Shown here: positions 10,343 through 18,735 of the stretch, piece after piece
Numbering within the stretch: the first letter of the stretch is position 1
Layout of the letters: each line of letters begins with the position of its first letter
Source: an uncultured Parasporobacterium sp.
GTDB taxonomy: Bacteria; Bacillota; Clostridia; Lachnospirales; Lachnospiraceae
NCBI GenBank assembly: GCA_964528825.1
Contig: CAZGVB010000001.1
Coordinates: forward strand, 14,044 to 78,043
Length of the DNA stretch: 64,000 nt
Reading direction: 5' to 3'
The notes under the pieces: generated by a model
What the model was told of the DNA's origin: nothing
Databases searched by the model: none
Seen by the model: the letters and a program-made list of their open reading frames with translations, nothing else
Program-made: the position numbers and the translations under genes

Positions 10343-10762
10343 ATGGTAAATTTAGTCTTGGGTTCGAAAGGAAAAGGAAAAACAAAATTCATGCTTGACA
10401 GCGCAAATGCGGAGATCAAGCAATCCAAAGGACTTGTTATTTATATAGATAAAAATTCTGATCATATGTTTCAGCTTGATAGACAGATCAGATTGATCAA
10501 TGTCAAAGAATATCCTGTAAATAGTGTTGAAACATTGTTAGGCTTTGTATCCGGACTTATTGCGGGAAATGGTGATATCGTTTCTGTTTATTTCGACAGC
10601 TTTCTTGTACTTTGCGAAATTGAGAAGGAAGATGCTGCCGAGGCACTCAGAAAGATGAGCGTTTTATCCGACAAGCTCGGAATAACATTTACTATAAGCG
10701 TATCAGCAGACGAAAAAGAAATGCCTGCTTGGATCAATGATATAGTAAAGGTTGTTTTCTAA
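10343..10762 (+). CDS. Hypothetical small P-loop NTPase-like protein
   Basis: A 139-aa ORF preceded by GGAGG. It has Walker A GSKGKGKT at residues 7-14 and a Walker-B-like SVYFDSF, in a RecA/KaiC-like minimal layout. No family was recognised. Confidence 0.6.
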   Translation: MVNLVLGSKGKGKTKFMLDSANAEIKQSKGLVIYIDKNSDHMFQLDRQIRLINVKEYPVNSVETLLGFVSGLIAGNGDIVSVYFDSFLVLCEIEKEDAAEALRKMSVLSDKLGITFTISVSADEKEMPAWINDIVKVVF

Positions 10763-10777
10763 TCGGTTCACGATATT

Positions 10778-12121
10778 ATGCAGACTGAAAAAAAAGTCCA
10801 TTATACACAAAAAAAATCGAATTTGACCGTTTGGATAGCTGTCTGCATATGTATACTTATATATCTGGTCATCCGGTTTATTAATTATGCAGATGATGGA
10901 GAAAATAAGCTTTATGAGGTGACCGCATCTTGGGCAGACAGCTATTCGAATATGCAATATACCGCACTCGCATTAAGAGAGGAAACGGTAGTCAGTTCCA
11001 ACAGCAGCGGTTATGTGAATTTTTTTGCCGCAGATGCGACACCCGTTAGTGTCGGCTCGAAAACATATGTAATAGATAAGAATGGAGAACTGTCATCAAG
11101 GCTTGCCGAAACAGGCACCAACCAAGCATTGCTTAACGAAAATGAGCTTGATGATATTAAAGATATAATTTTTGAAAATGACATTGTCTATGATAGAGAT
11201 TCATATTATGAAACTTATTCATTCAAGAATCAAGTTGAATCTCAGATATTAGATATAATCAACAGCAATGTCTTTGATGCTTTTGAAGGCAGTGATGATA
11301 CAGATTCGTATGACATATATTCATCGGATATTTCAGGTATAATTCTGCATAATGTTGATGGATTTGAACAATATTCGGCAGACAGCATCAGTGCGTCACT
11401 TTTCAGGAGAGAAAATTATAACAAAACTATAATCAAATCAAATGATCAAATTAAATCTGGCGATCCGGTATACAAAATAGTTACTTCTGAAGAATGGAAT
11501 TTGGTCATCCAATTGGATGATATTTCAAAATTCGAGGATTGCACCTATGTAACGATCCGGTTTTTAAAGGATGGAATAACAACTGAGGGTTCTTTTGAAA
11601 CAAAGACTGCTGCAGGAGTTAACTATGGCATAATCACATTGGACAAATATATGATCAGATATCTGTCTGACAGGTATCTGCAGATTCAGATTGATGGTGA
11701 TCAGGTGTCAGGTCTTAAAATACCTCAGACTGCTGTATGTGAAAAATATTTTTATCTTATTCCTGTTGAGTTTGCAACATCAGGCGGCAATTCTACCGGG
11801 ATCGGTTTTTTAAAGAAGAGTGATGATATCTCAGAATATGTCGACTGTGAGATACTTAAGGAAACGGAAAGCTATTATTATGTCGACACGAGCGTTTTTG
11901 ATGATGGAGATATCTTAATAAGGCCCGAGACTAATGATGAGTACAAAATAGGCGCTAAGGACGTGCTGCAGGGCGTATATCTTCTCTCGGGAAATGATTA
12001 TGTATTTGTTCCGATTGACATAATAAGCGAATCGAACGGTTATTATATTATCTCATCCGATGGAATACAGATATATGATCGGATATTGGAAGATGCCTCA
12101 GAAAAAAATGATCAAAGATAA
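10778..12121 (+). CDS. Membrane-anchored protein with HlyD/barrel-sandwich-like extracytoplasmic region (uncharacterised)
   Basis: A 447-aa ORF with one N-terminal TM (LTVWIAVCICILIYLVIRFI). Segments resemble membrane-fusion/lipoyl-like hairpins (ISGIILHNVDG..., IKSGDPVYKIVTSEEWNLVIQLD). The function is unknown. Confidence 0.55.
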   Translation: MQTEKKVHYTQKKSNLTVWIAVCICILIYLVIRFINYADDGENKLYEVTASWADSYSNMQYTALALREETVVSSNSSGYVNFFAADATPVSVGSKTYVIDKNGELSSRLAETGTNQALLNENELDDIKDIIFENDIVYDRDSYYETYSFKNQVESQILDIINSNVFDAFEGSDDTDSYDIYSSDISGIILHNVDGFEQYSADSISASLFRRENYNKTIIKSNDQIKSGDPVYKIVTSEEWNLVIQLDDISKFEDCTYVTIRFLKDGITTEGSFETKTAAGVNYGIITLDKYMIRYLSDRYLQIQIDGDQVSGLKIPQTAVCEKYFYLIPVEFATSGGNSTGIGFLKKSDDISEYVDCEILKETESYYYVDTSVFDDGDILIRPETNDEYKIGAKDVLQGVYLLSGNDYVFVPIDIISESNGYYIISSDGIQIYDRILEDASEKNDQR

Positions 12122-12821
12122 TTTGAATAAGATACAAGAGGATATTGATAAAGCATTAAAGAATAGCAAATATTCTCAAGATGTTACATTAGTAGCCGTA
12201 AGCAAAACACATACCGCAAGTGATATCTTGGCTGCATATGACAGTGGGATAAGGGATTTTGGTGAAAATAAGGTACAAGAACTGTTGAGTAAGGCAGATG
12301 TTCTTCCGCAGGATATACGATGGCATCTTATCGGTCACCTTCAAACAAATAAAGTAAAATCTATTATCGGTAAAGTTTATCTGATTCACTCAGTTGACTC
12401 GATAAAGCTCGCACAAATAATAGAAAATTATGCGGCCAAAGCAAATGTTACCGTAAATATACTTATTCAGGTTAATATTTCTCATGAGGAAAGCAAATTT
12501 GGAATAGATAGATCCGAACTTGCAGATATGCTATGGCAAATCTCGGCAATGCATCATATCAACGTCCTGGGATTGATGACGATCGCGCCGGAAACCGATA
12601 ATGCAGAAAATTGCAGACATGTTTTTCAAGAACTAAAAGAATTATCTATTGACATTGATTCTATGAATATTGATAATATACGTATGCAAATTTTGTCAAT
12701 GGGTATGAGTGGAGATTTTAAAGTAGCCATTGAAGAAGGCTCAACCATGGTCCGCATCGGCACAAGTATTTTCGGTGCCAGACAATATGCTAATAAAAGT
12801 GTTGGGAATAATAAGGAGTAG
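12108..12821 (+). CDS. yggS: YggS/YlmE family pyridoxal-phosphate homeostasis protein
   Basis: It has VTLVAVSKTH (PLP lysine), FGENKVQE, WHLIGHLQTNK, LSMGMSGDF and VRIGTSIFG motifs. I placed the start at ATG 12108, a short overlap with the upstream gene, rather than at 12060. Confidence 0.88.
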   Translation: MIKDNLNKIQEDIDKALKNSKYSQDVTLVAVSKTHTASDILAAYDSGIRDFGENKVQELLSKADVLPQDIRWHLIGHLQTNKVKSIIGKVYLIHSVDSIKLAQIIENYAAKANVTVNILIQVNISHEESKFGIDRSELADMLWQISAMHHINVLGLMTIAPETDNAENCRHVFQELKELSIDIDSMNIDNIRMQILSMGMSGDFKVAIEEGSTMVRIGTSIFGARQYANKSVGNNKE

Positions 12822-12823
12822 AT

Positions 12824-13351
12824 ATGGGCAAGATCAAAGATAAGATCATGAATGCATTCAGTCTTAACGAAGACGATTATGACGATGAATATGATGATGA
12901 ATATGATGAAGAATTTGACGGTGACGACTATAATGAGGAAGAAGAAGTAGAAGAGAAGAGGGGATTGTTTGGCAAGAAGCGTGCATCTGCGCCAAAGGAA
13001 AAGGAACAGCCTCAATTCGCATATGCTCAATCAAATGTAAGACGTCAGCAGCAACAACAGCAGGAAGTTTGCATATTTAAGCCGTCTTCAATCGAAGATT
13101 CACGAGAGATAACCGAGACGCTCCTGCAAGGCAAAGCTGTTGTGATCAATTTCGAAGGTTTGCATGTTGAACTTTCTCAAAGAATTATAGATTTTATTTC
13201 CGGATCTTGCTATGCATTAGATGGCAATCTTCAGAAAATATCAAATTATATCTTTATTGCAACGCCTCATTCGGTTGATATTTCAGGAGATTTTCAGGAT
13301 TTGGTAAATGGCAGTGCTGATATAACAGGTTTCAAATCACCACTTATATAA
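12824..13351 (+). CDS. sepF: Cell division protein SepF
   Basis: The C-terminal SepF core is present (IFKPSSIEDSREITETLLQGKAVVINFEGL...RIIDFISGSCYALDGNLQKIS). The N-terminus is an acidic/poly-Q linker. It follows yggS as in the dcw-distal ylm cluster. Confidence 0.88.
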   Translation: MGKIKDKIMNAFSLNEDDYDDEYDDEYDEEFDGDDYNEEEEVEEKRGLFGKKRASAPKEKEQPQFAYAQSNVRRQQQQQQEVCIFKPSSIEDSREITETLLQGKAVVINFEGLHVELSQRIIDFISGSCYALDGNLQKISNYIFIATPHSVDISGDFQDLVNGSADITGFKSPLI

Positions 13352-13385
13352 GTAGCTGTATGATCACATTTTAGCGAGTTTATAT

Positions 13386-13420
13386 GGCTGTCTTTATTAT
13401 TTTAAAGACAGCCGTTTTTT
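13386..13420 (+). terminator. Rho-independent terminator after sepF
   Basis: GGCTGTCTTTA / TAAAGACAGCC forms an 11-bp stem with a 6-nt loop, followed by a T6 run. Confidence 0.75.
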
Positions 13421-14020
13421 ATGAGAAATATGTTAAAAAAAGAAAAACAAACAATCTGCTTAAATATTATCCTTCAGTCATTGCTTTTTATATTTCTTGT
13501 TTTTGCAGACAGACTAACAAAAAACATTGCAGTATCAAAACTAAAAGGAAATGATCCCACAGTCCTGATAACTGATATTTTAGAGTTTAGATATATCGAA
13601 AATTCAGGTGCTGCTTTTGGTATTTTTCAAAATAGGCAGTGGCTATTTTATATTTTAACTGTATTAATTCTGACAGCTATTATAATTTTATTTATTAGCC
13701 TGAATATCAAATTGGGAAAATATAGTAAATTAATTGTGTCACAAAATAGTGCCTTTAAACAAAAAACATTTACAAGTATTTTGATACTTAATTACATTCT
13801 TGTGACACTTGCTGCAGGGGCTGTGGGCAATCTGATCGACAGAATAAGCCTTAAATATGTGGTAGATTTTATTTATTTTAAGCTTGTTGATTTTCCGGTC
13901 TTTAACTTTGCTGACATATGTGTGACGCTTGCTGCGGCCGCATTGATAATCTTCTTTATAGTATATAAAGAAGATGAAAATTTCAGCATAATATGGTCAA
14001 AAAAAGAAAAGAAAAAATGA
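13421..14020 (+). CDS. lspA: Lipoprotein signal peptidase II
   Basis: A four-TM ORF with the motifs NSGAAFG and VVDFIYF...FPVFNFADICVT (catalytic Asp residues). The start is uncertain because no clear RBS is present and an ATG at 13430 is also possible. Confidence 0.85.
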   Translation: MRNMLKKEKQTICLNIILQSLLFIFLVFADRLTKNIAVSKLKGNDPTVLITDILEFRYIENSGAAFGIFQNRQWLFYILTVLILTAIIILFISLNIKLGKYSKLIVSQNSAFKQKTFTSILILNYILVTLAAGAVGNLIDRISLKYVVDFIYFKLVDFPVFNFADICVTLAAAALIIFFIVYKEDENFSIIWSKKEKKK

Positions 14021-14937
14021 ATCAGATCTTTTTTGATATAAATGATGATTTTGAAGGCTTAAGAGCTGATAAATTTCTTGCCGAACAATGCAATGATATA
14101 TCAAGAAATCATATTCAAAAATTGATATCAGAAGGAAATCTTCTTGTTAATTCATTGCCTGCAAAATCCAGTCTTAAATTAAAATCAGGTGACAATCTTT
14201 GCTTGATCATCCCTGATAATATCATTCCTGAGATTCTTCCCGAAGATATTGATCTTGATATTGTTTATGAAGACCAGGATCTTATAGTAGTAAATAAGCC
14301 TAAGGGAATGGTCGTTCATCCTGCTGCCGGACACTACAGCGGAACATTGGTTAATGCACTGATGTTTCATTGTGATGATCTTTCCGGTATCAATGGCATC
14401 CTTAGACCGGGTATAGTACATCGTATTGACATGGATACCTCGGGACTATTGGTCTGTGCAAAAAATGATTTCGCGCATAATTGTCTTTCCGAACAGCTGA
14501 AAGTCCATTCGATCACACGCAAATATGAGGCAATTGTATGCGGTCTGTTTAAAGAAATTTCCGGAACTATTGATAAACCGATCGGCAGAAATCCAAATGA
14601 AAGAAAATTAATGGCTGTTAATTATAAGAACGGGAAAAATGCTGTAACGCATTATAAAGTTCTGAAACAATTTAAGAAATACAGCCATATAGAATGTTGT
14701 CTGGAAACTGGAAGAACTCATCAGATAAGAGTTCATATGAAAAGCATAAACCATCCGCTTTTAGGTGATACAATTTACGGCGGCAGATTAAGCGAATACA
14801 AATTAGATGGTCAAATGCTGCAGGGGCAAGTCCTGCACGCAAGGACACTGGGCTTTATACATCCGAGAACAAACGAATATATGGAATTTACAAGTGAGCT
14901 GCCGGATTATTTTAAAAGATTGCTTCTGAAGCTTTAA
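14017..14937 (+). CDS. rluD: RluA-family 23S rRNA pseudouridine synthase RluD
   Basis: It has an S4-like N-terminal domain, HRIDMDTSGLLV (catalytic Asp) and GRTHQIRVH. I chose the start at ATG 14017, which overlaps the lspA stop (ATGA). The track ORF begins at 13993. Confidence 0.9.
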   Translation: MNQIFFDINDDFEGLRADKFLAEQCNDISRNHIQKLISEGNLLVNSLPAKSSLKLKSGDNLCLIIPDNIIPEILPEDIDLDIVYEDQDLIVVNKPKGMVVHPAAGHYSGTLVNALMFHCDDLSGINGILRPGIVHRIDMDTSGLLVCAKNDFAHNCLSEQLKVHSITRKYEAIVCGLFKEISGTIDKPIGRNPNERKLMAVNYKNGKNAVTHYKVLKQFKKYSHIECCLETGRTHQIRVHMKSINHPLLGDTIYGGRLSEYKLDGQMLQGQVLHARTLGFIHPRTNEYMEFTSELPDYFKRLLLKL

Positions 14938-15036
14938 TTTCACTGTAACATTTCGTTAAAGCTGACTTTTGCGAATAGTTTTGTATTATTTCAACTCTCT
15001 CTTTTTCATATTCTTTTTTTATTATATAATCTGATC

Positions 15037-16299
15037 ATGAGCACAAAATCTTACCATGAACAATACAAGATTGATACCGAAATAAAGCTCAGGGAAAGAA
15101 TCAAGAGTCTTCCTGCTTTTTCTGCGGATTATTTCAGAGGCATTGAACCTGTAACATCCATACGTACACGTATGGCATATGCTTATGATCTTGGCATTTT
15201 CTTTGATTATTTGAAAAAAGAAACAAAATTATGCGGCCAAAATGACATATGTGATCTTAAGCTTTCGATTCTTGACAAAGTTACTCCGACGATCATCCAA
15301 GATTATCTTGATTATCTAAAGGTATACAATAGTCGTGATAATAATGAAAGATCCAATGGCGAACGCGGCTTGAACAGGAAACTTTCAAGTATTCGTTCTT
15401 TTTATAAATTTTTCTTTAATCTTGAGATGATCAAGACAAATCCGGCTGCGATTGTAAGAATGCCGAAGATACATCAAAAAAATATTATCAGACTGGAACA
15501 TGATGAGATCGGTGAGCTTCTTGATGAGGTTGAAAGCGGAAAGGATCTTACAAAGCATCAATCCGGATTTCACAAAAAAACAAAGGTCCGTGATATGGCT
15601 ATCCTTACTCTACTCCTTGGCACGGGAATAAGAGTTTCCGAATGTGTAGGCCTCGATATAAATGATATAGATCTGAAAAATCACGGTATACGCATCACCA
15701 GAAAAGGCGGCAATCAATCTGTTGTCTATTTCGGAGATGAGGTTGAAAAGGCACTGGTTGAATATTTAGAGGAGCGGAACAGAATTGTGCCCATGGAAGG
15801 CCATGAAAATGCTCTCTTCCTTTCCATTCAAAATCGCAGAATCTGCGTCAGATCTGTTGAAAATCTGGTTAAAAAATATTCCTGCCTTATTGTAAAACTA
15901 AAAAAAATAACGCCGCATAAGCTCAGAAGCACATATGGAACTCAGCTCTATAAGGAAACAGGTGATATTTATCTTGTCGCGGATGTCCTAGGCCATTCTG
16001 ATGTAAATACAACAAAAAAGCATTATGCAGCTATTGAGGATACACGAAGGCGCCTTGCCAGAAATGCCGTAACATTAAGAGATAATGCCGAAATATCGTC
16101 TGATAATACTGAAATATCGACAGGCGGCGCCGAAATATCGACTGATAATACTGAAATATCGACAAACAGTACCAAAACACCAATCTGTGATACTGAAATA
16201 TCGGACAAAAATGGCGAAAAATCAACCGATGATACAGTAAAATCAACCAATCATACTGATATATTGGCTGAAAATGCCGAAAAAAATGAGCAGCCATAA
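15037..16299 (+). CDS. XerC/XerD-like tyrosine recombinase with C-terminal heptad-repeat tail
   Basis: It has an N-terminal SAM-like core-binding domain. The catalytic R..HxxR..H..Y set is present (GTGIRVSE, HKLRSTYGT, LGHSDVNTTKKHY). A tail of about 70 aa made of DNTEIST-type repeats follows. Confidence 0.85.
   Translation: MSTKSYHEQYKIDTEIKLRERIKSLPAFSADYFRGIEPVTSIRTRMAYAYDLGIFFDYLKKETKLCGQNDICDLKLSILDKVTPTIIQDYLDYLKVYNSRDNNERSNGERGLNRKLSSIRSFYKFFFNLEMIKTNPAAIVRMPKIHQKNIIRLEHDEIGELLDEVESGKDLTKHQSGFHKKTKVRDMAILTLLLGTGIRVSECVGLDINDIDLKNHGIRITRKGGNQSVVYFGDEVEKALVEYLEERNRIVPMEGHENALFLSIQNRRICVRSVENLVKKYSCLIVKLKKITPHKLRSTYGTQLYKETGDIYLVADVLGHSDVNTTKKHYAAIEDTRRRLARNAVTLRDNAEISSDNTEISTGGAEISTDNTEISTNSTKTPICDTEISDKNGEKSTDDTVKSTNHTDILAENAEKNEQP
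16081..16290 (+). repeat. In-frame 21-nt (7-aa) tandem repeat array inside the recombinase 3' end
   Basis: GATAATGCCGAAATATCGTCT / GATAATACTGAAATATCGACA / GGCGGCGCCGAAATATCGACT / GATAATACTGAAATATCGACA are followed by progressively degenerate units. Confidence 0.85.
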
Positions 16300-16398
16300 A
16301 TGAAAGCATATACCAACAACGCTTATAAAAAGTGATTATAAGCCTTTATTTGCAATATTTGAAATCAATGCAGCAAAGGTTCACCCGAGAGGGACTTT

Positions 16399-17661
16399 TT
16401 ACTCTGTCATAAAGCTTATTACTGATATTATCTCATCATCACTCATACCGCAGGCTTTAAGATAATCCTTTGCAGCATCTGTATAGTCAGCGGACTTTAA
16501 CACATCAATATCATCGGTGCCATACAGATATTCCATAAAAGCATCAAAGTACAGGCTGACTACAGCCTCATATCGCTCAGGTGTGTTTTCTTTTGTTATT
16601 TTATAGTAATTATCATATGTGGTCATATAATCATTACACATTTCATCATAGTTTGCACCGGCTAAGGCTTCAAGCAGCAAGCATACAAATCCCGTTCTGT
16701 CTTTGCCCTCCATACAATGAATATATACCGGGCCGCCGCATTTGATCATATGCCTTAACCCACTTACCACGCTCTCTTTGTAAGACTGAGCATCATAATT
16801 TGAGCTCATTGAAAGCAATATTGTCTTACCTGATTCGTAAAGAGATCTTGCATAATCCGATTTAAAATCCGTTGATGCGATATATCCTTCCATATCCTCA
16901 GTAGAATCGGCAAGATCTATAATGCAATTGATCCCATTCTCTTTAATAAGCTTATCAGCATACGATGCTCTGTTTCTGCTGTTATCAACAGGTGATGCGC
17001 CCCTGTAAATCAAATCTTTTTTTAGATTTCCGCCCTGCAGAGATCTGAAATTGGCAAATTGTATGTCGCTATCATATTCATTTCTGTCTATAGAATAATC
17101 CTGTCCAAGAGCCTCATATGTGGCCTTATATTTGCCGGCTGTATTTAATGTGATCTCAACCGTGATATCACTGCTCAGTCCGGCCTCTGTCCACATTCCA
17201 CGATTGTTGTTTGTAATAAGAACATATTGATTTTTAGGATAAGCAACTATGACAGGATCTCCGGTCTTTACATAATAGCCGTTGTAATATGGAACATCCG
17301 TTAATGAATAACCATTACTAAAGACAATATCACAGCTGTCGCCAAAGTATATGCCATTCTCATTAAAATCCTCAGCTGTAAGGCTCAAGATAACAGAATC
17401 AAATTTTGTATCTTCAGATATATCAGCGGAAGCGTCAAGATTGTATTCTGTTGAAATATCGGATTTAAGAGTGACCTTATTTTGCGTAAAGCTTCCAAAC
17501 AATGCCGCACCGTCTTCTGTATTGACATCCTCTGTACTATCTTCAGTAGCTTTAGTATCATCAGTATTTTCAGTTTCGTTACCACATGCACTTAGCGATG
17601 ATAAGAGCATACATGCTGTAAGCATAATACTGCCGATTTTTAAGATGTTATTTTTTAACAT
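16399..17661 (-). CDS. Secreted lipoprotein with C-terminal tyrosine/dual-specificity phosphatase domain
   Basis: A signal peptide with lipobox LSSLSAC is present. The CX5R P-loop HCMEGKDRTG matches the Y_phosphatase3-type family. Confidence 0.75.
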   Translation of the reverse strand: MLKNNILKIGSIMLTACMLLSSLSACGNETENTDDTKATEDSTEDVNTEDGAALFGSFTQNKVTLKSDISTEYNLDASADISEDTKFDSVILSLTAEDFNENGIYFGDSCDIVFSNGYSLTDVPYYNGYYVKTGDPVIVAYPKNQYVLITNNNRGMWTEAGLSSDITVEITLNTAGKYKATYEALGQDYSIDRNEYDSDIQFANFRSLQGGNLKKDLIYRGASPVDNSRNRASYADKLIKENGINCIIDLADSTEDMEGYIASTDFKSDYARSLYESGKTILLSMSSNYDAQSYKESVVSGLRHMIKCGGPVYIHCMEGKDRTGFVCLLLEALAGANYDEMCNDYMTTYDNYYKITKENTPERYEAVVSLYFDAFMEYLYGTDDIDVLKSADYTDAAKDYLKACGMSDDEIISVISFMTE

Positions 17662-17890
17662 ATGATCACCTAACCTTATAAGTTTTCAAATTCTTTTCTG
17701 TATTATACAACACTCTGCCAGCTTTTTTCACTATTTAGCAAATTTATGTTACTGCAGGGTCACTGCCAGTGTGCTCACCAAGACGAAAGCCTCGCTATCG
17801 TCCCTTGCAACATATCATCACACGCGCGATGCTATCTGAAATTTCATTTTAACCTATACTGCAAGCATAAAACATGCCTTAAACATAAAT

Positions 17891-17920
17891 AAAAAAGGCC
17901 ATCAATTGATGACCTTTTTT
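17891..17920 (-). terminator. Rho-independent (bidirectional-looking) terminator after the 72-aa gene
   Basis: GGCCATCA / TGATGACC forms an 8-bp stem (one G-U on the minus-strand RNA) with a 2-nt apical gap (AT). It is flanked by A6 and T6 runs. Confidence 0.7.
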
Positions 17921-17938
17921 ACCTGTGTTGCAGAAATA

Positions 17939-18157
17939 TTATCTTGCGAATCTTGCTCTAAGTACTCCTCTGCCCGACCGTCCGGCATTATTTCTTATGA
18001 TCCTTGCCGCATCGATGTCATTTGTATTTTTCCTAAGTCCCATAGCATATGCAAAATCAAGATCGCTTGTCAAATCCTCATTTTCTTTTTCTTCTCTTCT
18101 AAGTCCCATTTTATATGCAAATTCCAGAGCTTCCTTATTTGTATTAGTAGTAAACAT
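17939..18157 (-). CDS. Hypothetical 72-aa protein with internal repeat and Arg-rich tail
   Basis: A strong RBS (AAGGAGG, 7 nt before the ATG) and a terminator immediately downstream support it as real. It has an internal duplication, EFAYKMGLRR / DFAYAMGLRK. Confidence 0.65.
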   Translation of the reverse strand: MFTTNTNKEALEFAYKMGLRREEKENEDLTSDLDFAYAMGLRKNTNDIDAARIIRNNAGRSGRGVLRARFAR

Positions 18158-18208
18158 TTTGAATCCTCCTTATATGATCATTTATTAAATATTTTTATAA
18201 AATTACGT

Positions 18209-18544
18209 TCATGCCTTTGCAGTTAATGCCTGCGTACTTGATTTTACTGTCTGTGATGCCATGATCAACGATGACGATGCCTTGCTATCGAGAGCTGAAT
18301 TTCTTATATAAACCAAAAGATTCAAAAGAACGATTGCAAGGTTAACTAAATATACGATCAATACATAGTTTAAATTTCCTGAAAGTACCTTTGCAGTGAT
18401 ACCGCCGATATATCCGGTTATTATAAGAATGATAAATGCAAGGCTGGTACCCTTCGCTGTCCGTGCCTTATAAGCCTTAATGACATTTATCGGCCATGAT
18501 AACCCGAAACATATCAGCATTATCGTCTCAAAAATTTCGCTCAT
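18209..18544 (-). CDS. PQ-loop / SemiSWEET-like three-TM membrane protein
   Basis: A 111-aa ORF with three hydrophobic helices. It has an N-terminal FGLSWPINVIKAYKARTAKGTS motif resembling the PQ-loop repeat. Confidence 0.6.
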   Translation of the reverse strand: MSEIFETIMLICFGLSWPINVIKAYKARTAKGTSLAFIILIITGYIGGITAKVLSGNLNYVLIVYLVNLAIVLLNLLVYIRNSALDSKASSSLIMASQTVKSSTQALTAKA

Positions 18545-18735
18545 ATTTTGCCTCTTTTCTGTGGAGCTGTTTCTGTTTTCTCCTTACAAGCGTAATGATA
18601 CTCACATTTGAAAAGATGACAATCTTACAAAAATAATGTTCATTTTTTTTTGATTTTCCATTTATTTTACTTTCGAAAGCTATTTTCGAAACTTGAATCT
18701 GTTATTATATATATGGAAATCGGAGGTAACATAAA

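Noticed and set aside
12626-13030. 134-aa minus-strand ORF with Ile/Phe runs.
   Set aside because: It lies antisense to the yggS 3' end and to the acidic GA-rich 5' region of sepF, so it is a composition artefact.
16081-16290. Possible CRISPR-like array, because of regularly spaced near-identical units.
   Set aside because: The period is only 21 nt and there are no spacers. The units are contiguous, in frame and part of a continuous ORF, and no cas genes are nearby.
16023-16309. Two minus-strand ORFs (75 and 92 aa) with repetitive sequence.
   Set aside because: They are mirror images of the 21-nt tandem repeats in the recombinase tail, so the repetitiveness is inherited from the plus-strand coding repeat.
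17906-18226. Plus-strand ORFs of 106 and 87 aa.
   Set aside because: They overlap, antisense, the 72-aa minus-strand gene, which has a strong RBS and a terminator. They have no RBS, and their Cys/Ser/Phe-rich composition is odd.
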